This document shows, one piece after another, positions 37,959-48,413 of a DNA stretch of 64,000 bases. Source of the DNA: Pseudomonadota bacterium (lineage in GTDB: Bacteria; Bdellovibrionota; FAC87; UBA2466); contig JAYSWN010000068.1 of the NCBI GenBank assembly GCA_043718025.1, positions 11,817 to 75,816 of the forward strand, written 5' to 3'. Made by a program: the position numbers and the translations under genes. Positions within the stretch are counted from its first letter, which is position 1. The number at the start of each line of letters is the position of its first letter. The notes under the pieces are model-generated. The model ran no database searches and was not told the DNA's origin. It saw nothing but the letters and a program-made list of their open reading frames with translations.

Positions 37959-40074
37959 ATTCTTTTTCTGAACTTAATTCTTTCTGTTCCTTTTTAACCA
38001 GGTGCGATTCAAAAAATCGCGTCATCGTTCGTGCCTGCTCTAAAATATTGCGCAGCTTAGTATTGCCGTGACCCTCGTCCGCAAAAATTTTCAGCTCTAC
38101 TTCCACCCCTTTTTCTTTAAGCGAGGCGGCAATCTGTTCGGATTCCCCAACGGGAACTCGCGGGTCATTCGCGCCGTGAAAAATGAGCAGCGGTGTCTTA
38201 ATCTGCTCGACATAAGTCATGGGCGAAATCGACTTTAAGAATTCTTCGTCGGTTAAAGGGCCATATTCCGCTTCGCGCAGGGCTCGGCGGTAGGGTTTGG
38301 TATTTTGTAGGAAAGTCACAAAATTGGAGATCCCCACCGACTCAGAGGCCGCCGCGAACAGCTGCGGTTCAACCTGGATCATTCTCAACACCATGAATCC
38401 TCCGTAACTTCCGCCGTACAAAGCCAACTTTCCGGTGGAGGTGTGGCGCTTTTCAAGTAGCCACTTGGCGGCAAAAACACCGTCCTGAACGCTGTCCATC
38501 CGTTTTTTGTAGTCGTCCGCCATCGTAAAATCGCGGCCGTATCCGGTGCTTCCGCGCACGTTGGGGGCAAGAATGCCAAAGCCATTTTGAAGAAAGTACT
38601 GAAACGTCTTGTTGAAGGTTGGCCGAAACTGCCCCTCGGGGCCTCCGTGAATGTAAACGATAAAGGGGATGTCGCGGACGGCACCCTGCGGTCGGTACAG
38701 AAAGGCTGGAATCTCTTTGCCGTCGAAAGAGGGGTACGATACGAGCTCCTCCTTCAGAAAACAATTTTGGTCGAGATTTCCATTGGTAGATTGAGTCCAC
38801 AAAATTGGTTTACCCGTCCCTTTGCTCTCCCATGCGTCCCAGGTGCGGCGTGAGTTTGAAAAGTTGTAGAAAATCGAATTGCCTTCGCCAAACCGGGCGG
38901 TGCCGATGACTCCGGTTTCTGTTTTAAGCTCTTGCCACTTGGACACGGTGGCGCCTTTGGCAGTAATATTCGCCCAACTGAAGGTGGCGTACCCGTCACG
39001 ATTAATTGAAATGCCGATTCGTTCGCGTTTGTCGTCAAGCACCAGTTTTTCAATCTCACTTTTTTCCTGGGCGATCTGTCGCCCGGGGTATTTTTCGCCC
39101 ATTCGATGAAGGAAAACTTCTCGTTTTCCGTTTGCCGCGTCGGAGATCAGAAAAAGTGATTTTGAATCAGCCGAAAAGCGCGGGTTTTCATTGTTTTGTG
39201 GGCCCGAATGTTGCGAGGGAATAGATATCTTTCTGTCGTCGATAGAAAACAATAGAATGTCAGAGTCGGTGGCGCTTTGGACCGCCTCTAGCGCGATCCA
39301 TTTTTCATCTGGCGAGATATCATTGATGCGGTTAGATCCCTTGAGTTCCATCAGCCGCGTTGCCTTTAACGACACCATATCGAAGCGATAGAGATCCATG
39401 TCGGTGCCATTTCGCTCATTCGAGGTGAATGCGAACCAGCGCCCTGACTTGGCCCACAAGAGTGTTTCAACCCGCTTTTTGGCGTTCATAATAAGCGGCG
39501 TTACGGTTTTCTTCGTGGGCTCGATCATCTGTATGTCGTACTGTTCACTGCCTCCGGCATGCGTGGCCACCAAAACCCGATTGCCGTCGGGGCTGGGTTC
39601 GAAATAGGCAATGCCGTCGGGAAAGAAGGTGATCTGCTCGGGCCAATGGTTCGGCGACCTCATGTAATAGAGCTGCGGGGTCTCTCTCAGGTCAGAAATA
39701 AAGAAGAGGCCACCTTTTTTAGAGGGGTATGGCTGCTGCACAGCGGTAATTTGCATATAGGTTTCAACTGGGGGGCGAGCCTGGCAAACACCCGCCGGAA
39801 GGCTACCGACTGGTTCTGGCGCCCCGGTTAAAGGTGCCGTTTCTTTTGGGCCGGCTGACGCGCTCGGTTGGGGAGCTTCTATGAACGACTCTTCGTCCTT
39901 TTTAGGTGCCAAGGGCCTTTTAATGGCGACGGGGGGCTTCTTTCCCTTGGCGGGGGAAGAGGGATTTTTTAGGTCGGCCGGGATCGGCACGAACCCTTTT
40001 TTATGCTTGGGCTTTTCAGCCAGTAGCGCCAGGGGTAGAAGCACCAGAATCAAAAAAGTGAAAAGAGTTCGCAT
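37957..40074 (-). CDS. S9-family serine peptidase (prolyl oligopeptidase / acylaminoacyl-peptidase type) with N-terminal beta-propeller
   Basis: ATG 40074 gives the signal peptide MRTLFTFLILVLLPLALLA. Nucleophile motif GGSYGGFM, and the C-terminal catalytic region HGANDPRV...EGHG. Confidence 0.85.
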   Translation of the reverse strand: MRTLFTFLILVLLPLALLAEKPKHKKGFVPIPADLKNPSSPAKGKKPPVAIKRPLAPKKDEESFIEAPQPSASAGPKETAPLTGAPEPVGSLPAGVCQARPPVETYMQITAVQQPYPSKKGGLFFISDLRETPQLYYMRSPNHWPEQITFFPDGIAYFEPSPDGNRVLVATHAGGSEQYDIQMIEPTKKTVTPLIMNAKKRVETLLWAKSGRWFAFTSNERNGTDMDLYRFDMVSLKATRLMELKGSNRINDISPDEKWIALEAVQSATDSDILLFSIDDRKISIPSQHSGPQNNENPRFSADSKSLFLISDAANGKREVFLHRMGEKYPGRQIAQEKSEIEKLVLDDKRERIGISINRDGYATFSWANITAKGATVSKWQELKTETGVIGTARFGEGNSIFYNFSNSRRTWDAWESKGTGKPILWTQSTNGNLDQNCFLKEELVSYPSFDGKEIPAFLYRPQGAVRDIPFIVYIHGGPEGQFRPTFNKTFQYFLQNGFGILAPNVRGSTGYGRDFTMADDYKKRMDSVQDGVFAAKWLLEKRHTSTGKLALYGGSYGGFMVLRMIQVEPQLFAAASESVGISNFVTFLQNTKPYRRALREAEYGPLTDEEFLKSISPMTYVEQIKTPLLIFHGANDPRVPVGESEQIAASLKEKGVEVELKIFADEGHGNTKLRNILEQARTMTRFFESHLVKKEQKELSSEKE

Positions 40075-40225
40075 AGATGTCGTCCTCAAAGCAGATGAAG
40101 AGTAGCCAAAAAAAAAATCGTACCTAAACTGTAAGTCTACCATTAGTGTGGCGAGCTTTTGGACGCCCGCCGAAGCTCATGTGGCTTAAAAAGAGGCTCA
40201 ACGAACGGAAGGTTTGAGAAGCGGT

Positions 40226-41188
40226 ATGGATAAAGATCTTTATGAAATTTTAGGCGTCAAACGGGACGCTAGCGAAAGCGATGTTAAAAACGCTTTTCGC
40301 AAACTTGCCAAGCAGCACCATCCCGATAAAAACCCCGGCGACAAGGCGGCCGAGACCAGATTTAAAGAGGCGAACTTGGCGTATGAGGTATTAAAAGATC
40401 CGACCAAACGAGCCCGCTATGATCAGGCTCGTATTTATGGGGGGGGCCCCGGCACGGGCGCCGGTGGTGGTCAGTGGAAGAGTTCGCCCGGTTTTAAGCC
40501 CGAAGACATGTTTCAAGACTTTGGTTTGGGTGACCTTTTTCAAGAGATTTTTGGCGGCGGTGGCGGCGGCGGCTTCAATGCTGGCCGCGGTGATATGGGG
40601 CGCGATTTTGGCGGCGGGTTTGGTGGTAGTGGACGGCGCGGTTTTGGAGCCCGGCGCGGATCCGATTTTGAAGCTCAATTGGAGATTAGTCTTCCCGACG
40701 CGGTGCGCGGCGCCGAAAAAACGGTAAACGTGAGCGGTGGAAAGCGGCTTACGGTTAAAATTCCCGAGGGAATCGACGAGGGCGCAAAGATTCGGCTCAG
40801 TGGTCAGGGGCAGCCGGGTGCCAACGGTGGCCCCGCCGGTGATCTCATTGTGCAGATCCAAATTGCGTCTCATTCGATTTTTCGACGCGAGGGCGACAAC
40901 TTAATTGCCCGACTTCCCATTTCATTCTCGGAAGCGGTTCTCGGTGGCGAGGTGGGGGTGCCCACGATCGACGGCCAAGTAACCATGCGAATTCCCGCCG
41001 GTGTCTCAAGCGGCCAAAAGCTAAAGTTGTCAGGTAAAGGGGTTAAAAACTCGCGCACGGGCCAAAAGGGCGATCAGCTTGTGGAGCTAATGATTCGCGT
41101 TCCATCCGTGAGCGATCCGCTTTACGTGGAAGCGGCGGAAAAGCTGCGCGGGAGTTCATTCGATCCGCGTGAGAATTTAATCAAATGA
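40226..41188 (+). CDS. cbpA: CbpA-like J-domain co-chaperone (no zinc finger)
   Basis: J-domain DLYEILGV...HHPDKNP, a Gly-rich linker, and DnaJ C-terminal domains without CxxCxGxG repeats. Confidence 0.8.
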   Translation: MDKDLYEILGVKRDASESDVKNAFRKLAKQHHPDKNPGDKAAETRFKEANLAYEVLKDPTKRARYDQARIYGGGPGTGAGGGQWKSSPGFKPEDMFQDFGLGDLFQEIFGGGGGGGFNAGRGDMGRDFGGGFGGSGRRGFGARRGSDFEAQLEISLPDAVRGAEKTVNVSGGKRLTVKIPEGIDEGAKIRLSGQGQPGANGGPAGDLIVQIQIASHSIFRREGDNLIARLPISFSEAVLGGEVGVPTIDGQVTMRIPAGVSSGQKLKLSGKGVKNSRTGQKGDQLVELMIRVPSVSDPLYVEAAEKLRGSSFDPRENLIK

Positions 41189-41748
41189 GCAAGGCGTTTA
41201 CCAAAGAAGGAAACGAAGAGCCGGTCGATTTAGAAGATCAGACTGTTGAGACAGATCCTCTCCCCGCCGGCGCAAAGAACTATATTACACCGGCCGGGTT
41301 GAAGCGATTGGTCGATGAGCACAAGCATCTTTTAGATGTAGAGCGCCCTAAAGTGGTCGAAGTCGTGGCCTGGGCGGCCGGCAACGGAGATCGTTCTGAA
41401 AATGCCGACTACATTTACGGTAAGCGTCGTTTGCGGGAGATCGATCGTCGCGTGCGCTTTCTTGGCAAGCGTATTGAAGCGGCGGAGCCGATCGATCCCA
41501 TCCAGCAAAACAACGACTCAGTTCGTTTCGGCGCCACCGTTCGTGTCGCCGACGAAGACGGAGTGGAAAGAACTTACGCCATTGTGGGAATTGACGAGTC
41601 GAATCCCAAATTAGGTCACATCAGTTGGATCTCGCCCCTTGGTAAAGCTCTGCTCAAAACCAAGGTGGGAGATAGCATTACGGTAAGGATGCCCAAGGGA
41701 GAACAAGATCTCGAGATTAGGGCGATTGAATATAAGAGCCTGGTTTAA
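41185..41748 (+). CDS. greB: transcript cleavage factor GreB (with ~30-aa acidic N-terminal extension)
   Basis: [31 protein letters not shown] closely resembles E. coli Gre[36 protein letters not shown] overlap with the upstream gene. Confidence 0.82.
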   Translation: MSKAFTKEGNEEPVDLEDQTVETDPLPAGAKNYITPAGLKRLVDEHKHLLDVERPKVVEVVAWAAGNGDRSENADYIYGKRRLREIDRRVRFLGKRIEAAEPIDPIQQNNDSVRFGATVRVADEDGVERTYAIVGIDESNPKLGHISWISPLGKALLKTKVGDSITVRMPKGEQDLEIRAIEYKSLV

Positions 41749-41765
41749 GCCCTGCGACTAACGTC

Positions 41766-42692
41766 TTATTTATTGTAGCTGCCTTGGGTGAGATTTTGGC
41801 CGCGACTACGATTCAGTAGGGAATCTGCTTGCGGTGAAGCCAACTGGCGTTGTCCACGAAATAACAAACTCTTTCCATCCAAAAAGCCGCGCAGTGGTTT
41901 TAGGTATCGTTCAAAAAAGGAAAATAGGGCGTCGCCTTCTTCATGAATTAAGTTCTTCCCCTTGATTTTTTCAAAGGCGATGAATTTGGGGATGCTGTCG
42001 TGCGAATTACGCTCCGGATGTGGAAAAAGCTCGCTCAAAATTTTACCTTGAAAGATCTTTTGGGCGGGATCATCAATCACTACCGAATGAAAAACCACGT
42101 CGGTCTGAGGATTTGCTTTTAAGTAGCTCTCAATTAGCGTGCGGTACTCTCGGCAACTGGAACACCAGCTCGCCGAGAACAGAAACAAGTTAAATTTTTC
42201 TTCGTCCTGCTCTTCCATAAACGATTTAATAAATCGAAGTTGTTTGAAGTCGGCCAGAACATCCGGATTTTTGCCGCGAAGTAGGTCATTAATTTGGATT
42301 CGGTCGGGAATCGAAAGCGTATCGAGAGCGCTGCGGGTTAGACTGATTTTGTGGCTCACTATGCGCGGCGCCACGCGAACTCTTTCGCCCGTAGCCACCA
42401 CGGTTGATAGCAACAAGCTTCGTTTGCGCCAACTATCTCGTATGCCGTCCCATTGGCGATCAATTGCACTGAGATCATCGGCGGAGAGCAATTGGCTTGC
42501 CTCATTGGTTAGGCCACGAAAGGGAAGAATGTCATTTTGGGTTCGGCCTTCGCGAAAATCGATGCTGAAGGGCAGATAATAGAGGCGGTACATATACAAC
42601 AACTTGTTTACAGATTTGGGCGCCATTTCACTACGCGCGGGGGCGGCCAAAATCATCAAACTGAGAAATAGTATGTGGATGCCGTACTTCAT
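41766..42692 (-). CDS. secreted thioredoxin-fold protein
   Basis: Signal peptide MKYGIHILFLSLMILAAPARS. CxxC is present in FSASWCSSCREY. Confidence 0.55.
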   Translation of the reverse strand: MKYGIHILFLSLMILAAPARSEMAPKSVNKLLYMYRLYYLPFSIDFREGRTQNDILPFRGLTNEASQLLSADDLSAIDRQWDGIRDSWRKRSLLLSTVVATGERVRVAPRIVSHKISLTRSALDTLSIPDRIQINDLLRGKNPDVLADFKQLRFIKSFMEEQDEEKFNLFLFSASWCSSCREYRTLIESYLKANPQTDVVFHSVVIDDPAQKIFQGKILSELFPHPERNSHDSIPKFIAFEKIKGKNLIHEEGDALFSFFERYLKPLRGFLDGKSLLFRGQRQLASPQADSLLNRSRGQNLTQGSYNK

Positions 42693-42812
42693 TGGGTTGC
42701 TCTATGGATAAGGAGTGCAAGGTTAGTGCCTTGTTAAGTAATTGAAATTAAATGTGTATTCATTCTGTCCAGGGTTGGAAATCGTGCTTTTTTTGGTCGG
42801 ATGTAAGGGCAG

Positions 42813-44012
42813 ATGACAGATAGCAATTTATTTACCCGCTTTGCCTTAATTCCACTAAAACAGTTCCCGATGACCTCTCCCCTTCAGCACGCGCGTGGCT
42901 TTGGTTTGTATCTTCATTTTCCCTATTGTCGCCATCGCTGCTCGTATTGCGATTTTTTCTCCTCGGTGGAATACAGTGACGATTCATTCCAAACCTTCGG
43001 CGCAGCCATTTGTGCCGAGATCGATCGCGAAGCGGAGGCGCTTAAGCCAAATTTTTTGATGGGTGAAGTGACCTCAATTTTCTGGGGCGGGGGGACGCCG
43101 TCACTTTTCCCCTCGTCGGTTATGGAAGTGATTTCAAAAAAGCTCTCCCAACGATGGAAATTTAGCCCAGAGTTAGAATTTACGATCGAAGCTAATCCCG
43201 AAACGGTCACCCAAGAGAAAGCCGACGCCTGGCGCGCAATCGGAATTAACCGCGTGAGCCTCGGCGTGCAAAGCACTTCGCAAAAATACCTCGACCTCTT
43301 AGATCGCCGCGTATCGCTGGAGTCCATCCCCCGCGCCGTTCAGTTTCTCCGCCAAGCGGGTCTTCGGAACTTCAGCTGCGATTTGATTTTCGGTATTCCA
43401 GATCAGACCGAAACCGAAATTGAAGCCGATATCGTAGCGATTGCTGAATTAAATCCTCGCCACATTAGTAGTTACAATCTGACGCTCAAGCCCGGCCACC
43501 CCCTCTATAAAAAGCTGCCCGATAACGATCGCTCCGCTGCGCTTTACATTAAGGTGATCCAATCTTTAGTTGAGCGGGGGTATGCCCAATACGAAATTTC
43601 TAACTTTGCGACTCCCGGATTCGAAAGTCGGCACAATTTACTTTACTGGTCGGGCGGAGATTTTTTAGGTTTGGGCCCCTCCGCCTCAACGCGTTTTTTT
43701 AAAGGCGGACAATTTCATCACCGTAAGAATGTTTCTGATCTTAAAGCTTACTTCGATGGCAAAACGCCGCCCACTTTTGAGCCCACCAGCGGTCAGCAAG
43801 CCGTGCTCGAATCATTATTTCTAGAACTTCGCAAAAATGAAGGGGTAAACCTGCACGATTTTAAGAGTCGTTATGGTTATGCTCCGGATAAGGCTTCTAA
43901 ATTTGCCCTTTATCAACGCCAAGGGCTGCTGGTCGTAGACGGAGATTTTTTACGCCTTACCGATCGCGGAAGAATGCTGGCTGATTCAGTGACGCCGGGA
44001 TTATTGGATTAA
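42813..44012 (+). CDS. hemW: radical SAM heme chaperone HemW (oxygen-independent coproporphyrinogen oxidase-like)
   Basis: LYLHFPYCRHRCSYCDF CxxxCxxC motif, GGGTPS, and an HemN C-terminal-like region. The alternative ATG 42870 gives a family-typical N-terminus. Confidence 0.82.
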   Translation: MTDSNLFTRFALIPLKQFPMTSPLQHARGFGLYLHFPYCRHRCSYCDFFSSVEYSDDSFQTFGAAICAEIDREAEALKPNFLMGEVTSIFWGGGTPSLFPSSVMEVISKKLSQRWKFSPELEFTIEANPETVTQEKADAWRAIGINRVSLGVQSTSQKYLDLLDRRVSLESIPRAVQFLRQAGLRNFSCDLIFGIPDQTETEIEADIVAIAELNPRHISSYNLTLKPGHPLYKKLPDNDRSAALYIKVIQSLVERGYAQYEISNFATPGFESRHNLLYWSGGDFLGLGPSASTRFFKGGQFHHRKNVSDLKAYFDGKTPPTFEPTSGQQAVLESLFLELRKNEGVNLHDFKSRYGYAPDKASKFALYQRQGLLVVDGDFLRLTDRGRMLADSVTPGLLD

Positions 44013-44152
44013 AAGACCGGATCACCGCTAAGTTGTTTTATATGTTTAGTAATATGGCGGAAGAGGCGAAGAGACAGTCCTCTTGAGAACAGCTCACTGC
44101 GCCCCTTCCACATTATGCTTGCTTGAAATTCAAATCCGCGTCGTCGGGTCGA

Positions 44153-44620
44153 TTAAAACGGAACTTCGTCGTCGCTGATAGGGCTTTGGGCCTTCTGAAA
44201 GCCTGTATCGCTTGGTGTTTCAAAAACTCCGCCGCCCGCAGGGGGTTGGTATTCAGAGTTACCAGCTCCGGCTCCAGCACGGTCACCCGGTCCTCCTAAG
44301 AACTGAACGTTGGAGGCCACAATTTCGGTGGTGTAGCGTTTGCCACCCTCTTTGTCGGTCCACTCACGGGTCTGTAGCTTACCTTCCAAGAATGCCTGGC
44401 GCCCCTTGGATAGGTATTGGCCGCAAAGTTCGCCCAACTTTCCCCAAACGACAACGCGGTGCCATTCGGTGCGCTCTTGCTTCTGACCGGCTTTGTCCAA
44501 CCAGCTTTCGTTCGTTGCCATATTGAAATTGGCAACGGCACCGCCGTTAGTGGTGTACCGCACTTCAGGGTCGTTTCCTAAACGACCTAAGAGAAACACT
44601 TTATTCAAACCGCTAGCCAT
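44153..44620 (-). CDS. ssb: single-stranded DNA-binding protein
   Basis: OB-fold N-terminus [19 protein letters not shown]...[12 protein letters not shown], a Gly/Pro-rich tail and an acidic tip DDEVPF. GGAGG SD before ATG 44620. Confidence 0.93.
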   Translation of the reverse strand: MASGLNKVFLLGRLGNDPEVRYTTNGGAVANFNMATNESWLDKAGQKQERTEWHRVVVWGKLGELCGQYLSKGRQAFLEGKLQTREWTDKEGGKRYTTEIVASNVQFLGGPGDRAGAGAGNSEYQPPAGGGVFETPSDTGFQKAQSPISDDEVPF

Positions 44621-44706
44621 GGAACCTCCAAAAAAACTGTACAATAATAAAACGACACTATCGCTTCATCGTTTTTTTTCCGTCAATCGAATAAGGAGAG
44701 CTTCCT

Positions 44707-45198
44707 TTGAAACTCGAAGACGACCTCGAAATCCGCCGCACCCCAATACTGACGGGCCACGCCGAGTGTCCCGTGATGAGCCGTTTCATCGCCCGCGCTA
44801 TCGATGCGTTGGTGATATCGGCCGTCTATTTGTTACTTTCGGTGATTGGCCGGCCCCTGGCCATTGTCACCGCCGCGCTTTATGCGGTGCTTCAAGATTC
44901 GTTTGGCGCAGGCCAGAGCATTGGCAAGCGGATAATCGGCTTGAGGGTGATCGATGACGCGACGGGTCTACCCTGTTCCTTTGCCGCATCCTTTTTTCGT
45001 AACGTGCCGTTCTTATTGTGGGTCGTTTTTGCCACCATTCCCACGCTTTGGGGGTTCTGGGTGTTATTGGCCTTGCCGCTAGTGGGGTTTGAAATTTACC
45101 TACTGTTCGTCTTGGACTCAGGCACTCGCTTGGGCGACGTGCTTGGTAATACCCGGGTGAGCGAACAAGTTGATCTGCCGTTGACGCCGCACGCCTAA
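44707..45198 (+). CDS. RDD-family membrane protein (start uncertain; alternative ATG 44776)
   Basis: RFIARAIDALVISAV... with an RDD-domain-like arrangement and 3 TM segments. Confidence 0.6.
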   Translation: MKLEDDLEIRRTPILTGHAECPVMSRFIARAIDALVISAVYLLLSVIGRPLAIVTAALYAVLQDSFGAGQSIGKRIIGLRVIDDATGLPCSFAASFFRNVPFLLWVVFATIPTLWGFWVLLALPLVGFEIYLLFVLDSGTRLGDVLGNTRVSEQVDLPLTPHA

Positions 45199-45378
45199 GC
45201 TTTTGCCCCATTTCTGTTCTGCGCCAGCTTCCCCATTTAGGCTATACTTAATGGCGAGGCCTTTCGGGCCGTTTTTCGGACGTTTTCAAACTCCTTTTTT
45301 TAAGCAATCCAAATCGATTTGAAAAATAGCGGATTTTTAGGTTCGCAATTTTTTTTGCACCTATGAGGGTTTTTTACT

Positions 45379-46467
45379 TTGGGAATTTTTGGTTCTTGGT
45401 TTGAAAAACGTCTGGTGGGTCTCGACATCGGCGTTTCCGGGATCAAAGCCGTAGAGCTTTCTGGTCGGGCCGATGCCCCCCGGCTTGCGGCCTACAACCG
45501 TATCCCTTTGCCGTGGGACGCGATTTCTCCCGAAGGCGAAATACGTAAGCGCGAGGCGGTGGTCAAGGCTTTGAAAAAGCTTTTTGAAAGCCGCAATTTC
45601 AGCTCTCGTTTCGTGGCGGTGGGCGCTTCAGGCAATGCCATCATCACGAAAAAAATTTCGGTTCCTAAGATGACCGAAGGCGAATTGAGAGACCAGCTTT
45701 ACTGGGAAGCCGAACAGTACATTCCGTTTCCGGTGAACGATGTAAATTTAGATTTTGCGATAATTGGTAATAGCCAGAACACCTCCCCGGAAGGGGCCGC
45801 CCTCATGGACGTGCTGCTGGTTGCCGCGAAAAAAGAGTACATCCAGTCGATGTCCGCGCTAATTCAGGAGGCCGGTCTGATTCCCAAAGTAATCGACAAC
45901 CAATCCTTTGCGCTCGGTAATTCTTTTGAATTCAATTACGGCGTGCTGATCAGCGAACACGCGGGAATGTCGACCAACGTCATTATTGATTTCGGAGCGG
46001 GCAGCACCAAACTCTCGATTGTGGAAGGGGATAAAACCACTTTTACCCGAGATCTTCCCCAAAGCGGAATTGGCTGCACCATGTTGCTTAGTGAGAGACT
46101 AGGAATTTCGATCGAAGATGCCGAGCGTTTAAAAATTCAGCAACCTGATCAAGAGGCGGTTGAAGCGGTCCTTAACGACTATAACCGCGGCATTGTCGAT
46201 GAAATTGGACGGACCATGGATTTTGCCATTTCTCATAACCACGAAGCCGGCATTCAAGGAATTTACATATGCGGCGGAGCTTCGCGAACCTTGGGATTGA
46301 TCGAATTATTGGCCGAATCCTTACCCGCGCCAGTTCGTCCGTTAAATCCGGTGCAAGGCATCTCGGGCACGGGCCGAAAAATGAGTGCGCAGGCGATACG
46401 TGAGCTTTCGTACCTTGGAGCGGTGGCCATCGGCTTAGCGTTGCGCATGCCGGGAGACGCACGATGA
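45379..46467 (+). CDS. pilM: type IV pilus assembly protein PilM
   Basis: Actin-like ATPase fold with N-terminal LVGLDIGVSGIKAVEL. First gene of a pilMNOPQ-ordered cluster. Confidence 0.88.
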   Translation: MGIFGSWFEKRLVGLDIGVSGIKAVELSGRADAPRLAAYNRIPLPWDAISPEGEIRKREAVVKALKKLFESRNFSSRFVAVGASGNAIITKKISVPKMTEGELRDQLYWEAEQYIPFPVNDVNLDFAIIGNSQNTSPEGAALMDVLLVAAKKEYIQSMSALIQEAGLIPKVIDNQSFALGNSFEFNYGVLISEHAGMSTNVIIDFGAGSTKLSIVEGDKTTFTRDLPQSGIGCTMLLSERLGISIEDAERLKIQQPDQEAVEAVLNDYNRGIVDEIGRTMDFAISHNHEAGIQGIYICGGASRTLGLIELLAESLPAPVRPLNPVQGISGTGRKMSAQAIRELSYLGAVAIGLALRMPGDAR

Positions 46468-47312
46468 TACGCATCGATTTAGGCACCGAAGACCTCGGCG
46501 GGAAAGGATCTAAGAATCCGTTAAAGAAACTGTTCGACCGTTTGCGCATGCGCAATGCCAAACCGCGAGCCAGTGCCGATCCTTTTGCTTCCAGCTCGGC
46601 CGGCTTGCTCACTAAGCTGTCCGGAGTCGGCACCTTATTGCTGGTCTTAGTTGCCTTAGCTGGCGCCGTCGTGCCGCACATCTTTTATGCGCAATACCGA
46701 GACTTCGTCGTAAAAAAGAATGAGGAGTCTAAGAAAGAGCTTGAGTCAACTCTGGCCGGCTTAACCAAAGAGATTTCGCGCCTGGTGCCGTTTCAAAAAG
46801 AACTAGAGAGCTATGAAGCCCAGAAAAAACTTTTACGCGAACGGCTCGATCTGATTCAGAACCTGCTGTCGTCTCGAGGCACCCCGGTAAATGTATTAGA
46901 TGCCGTTGGCCAAAGCCTCCCCGTCAAGGCGTGGTTGACCTCAATTGATTTCGACGCCAGGCCGGCGCGTCCGCTCATCACGTTAGTTGGTCAGGCAATC
47001 ACTAACGACGAAGTGGCTGACTATCTCGATAAACTGGGCGAGTCGGTTTACTTGAATGAAGTGGCGCTTGATTCACTTACCTTCACCAAGGGGAGTGGAA
47101 CCCTTTCCAGCAGCGACGTGAAGAGCTTTCAACTGTCGCTGTTCCCCAAAGGTTTGGCTTCGGCAACGCAGCGGGCGATCGCGAAAGTACCCACTCCGGC
47201 GCCCGTTTCGGTTCCGGTGGCGGAGACCGGGGCGGCGGTGGAAGGCGGTGCGGCGAAGGATGGCGGCACAGTGGTGAAAAAAACTAACTTGTTTAAGAGG
47301 AGAAAACAGTGA
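46464..47312 (+). CDS. pilN: type IV pilus assembly protein PilN
   Basis: ATGA overlap with pilM. Single TM, then coiled coil and a PilN-like periplasmic domain. Confidence 0.78.
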   Translation: MIRIDLGTEDLGGKGSKNPLKKLFDRLRMRNAKPRASADPFASSSAGLLTKLSGVGTLLLVLVALAGAVVPHIFYAQYRDFVVKKNEESKKELESTLAGLTKEISRLVPFQKELESYEAQKKLLRERLDLIQNLLSSRGTPVNVLDAVGQSLPVKAWLTSIDFDARPARPLITLVGQAITNDEVADYLDKLGESVYLNEVALDSLTFTKGSGTLSSSDVKSFQLSLFPKGLASATQRAIAKVPTPAPVSVPVAETGAAVEGGAAKDGGTVVKKTNLFKRRKQ

Positions 47313-47878
47313 AGGCCAAACTTCTCTTCTCACTCATGATCTTTTTGGGCGGCGTTGGATTTGCAGCCTACGAGTACTATGAATTCGTAAATACCGAAGT
47401 GGCCGAAATGGAAGTTGAGCAAGAGGCGATCAAGAAAAAGGTCATGGCAAAGCAGGCCGACTATAATCGCCTAAAGGGGTTCGCGCAGAATATTGAGACC
47501 GTAAAGCAAGAGCTTCGCGAATTGAATCTTCAACTCGAATCAGCGCTGGAGCATTTGCCCAAGACCTTTAACCTGTCGGCGTTGTTGCGCAAACTCACCA
47601 GTCTGGCGCAAAATTCAGGGGTTGAACTGGCGAGTTTTAAACCCGAAAAAAGTGAAACTCGGGGAGAAGGGCAGTTTTTCTCATCCATAAAAATTGATTT
47701 TGAACTTAAAGGCACCTTCGCTCAGAGCTTACTATTTTTTGACCAACTAACCAGGCTCAAGCGAATCGTAAACTTAGAAAATCTTAAGATCAGCTCTCGC
47801 GAAGTGGCTTCCAATAAAGGTTCAGTCACGGTGGCAGAGCTTTCCGGTAGCATGCGCACCTACCGTTTTACGGAGTGA
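47309..47878 (+). CDS. pilO: type IV pilus assembly protein PilO
   Basis: GTGA overlap with pilN. N-terminal TM, coiled coil, and the expected position in the cluster. Confidence 0.78.
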   Translation: MKAKLLFSLMIFLGGVGFAAYEYYEFVNTEVAEMEVEQEAIKKKVMAKQADYNRLKGFAQNIETVKQELRELNLQLESALEHLPKTFNLSALLRKLTSLAQNSGVELASFKPEKSETRGEGQFFSSIKIDFELKGTFAQSLLFFDQLTRLKRIVNLENLKISSREVASNKGSVTVAELSGSMRTYRFTE

Positions 47879-47882
47879 AACG

Positions 47883-48395
47883 TTGAGCATACCCAAAAAC
47901 AGTTTGGCCCTCGTAGTGCTTCTATTACTGATGGGTTCGCGCGTGTCGATGGCACTGAACGACACGTCTAACCGGAGCCAAATCTATTCTCCAATCGGAA
48001 AGCGCGACCCATTTAAGCAACCCTCCACTTCGGTGGGAAAAGAGGTACTGGCCTTAAATCCGCTGGAGCGGTTTACCGTCGAACAATTTCAGCTACGAGC
48101 AATTTTGAAGGGGATGGGAAAGTCGCGCGCCATGCTTGAAGACCCCGAGGGTCGCTCCTATATTATCAGTGAGGGTGACCGCATCGGCCGCGAGCGGGCC
48201 ACGGTGAGTAAGATTCTGGTCAATGAAATTATCGTGACGGAAAAGACGTTCAACTATTTGGGTAACGTTAGTCTATACGAAAAAATTCTCTCCCTTCCTC
48301 CCGATAAAGAGATTTCTCAGGCCGCTCCAGAACGTGCGGGCGCTAGTTCCGATACTGACGCCGGAGCTAGAAGTTCCGGTTCCAAAAAACCTTAA
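47883..48395 (+). CDS. pilP: type IV pilus assembly protein PilP
   Basis: Signal peptide, the conserved DPF motif (KRDPFKQP), and a beta-domain. Position is between pilO and pilQ. Confidence 0.7.
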   Translation: MSIPKNSLALVVLLLLMGSRVSMALNDTSNRSQIYSPIGKRDPFKQPSTSVGKEVLALNPLERFTVEQFQLRAILKGMGKSRAMLEDPEGRSYIISEGDRIGRERATVSKILVNEIIVTEKTFNYLGNVSLYEKILSLPPDKEISQAAPERAGASSDTDAGARSSGSKKP

Positions 48396-48413
48396 CGGGT
48401 TACGAGGTAGCTG

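Noticed and set aside
40440-40640. G-rich, repetitive DNA (GGCGGCGG runs).
   Set aside because: It encodes the Gly-rich linker of the J-domain protein. This is in-frame low complexity, not a non-coding repeat.
46172-46681. 169-aa ORF antisense to the pilM/pilN junction.
   Set aside because: It overlaps two well-supported, translationally coupled pil genes.
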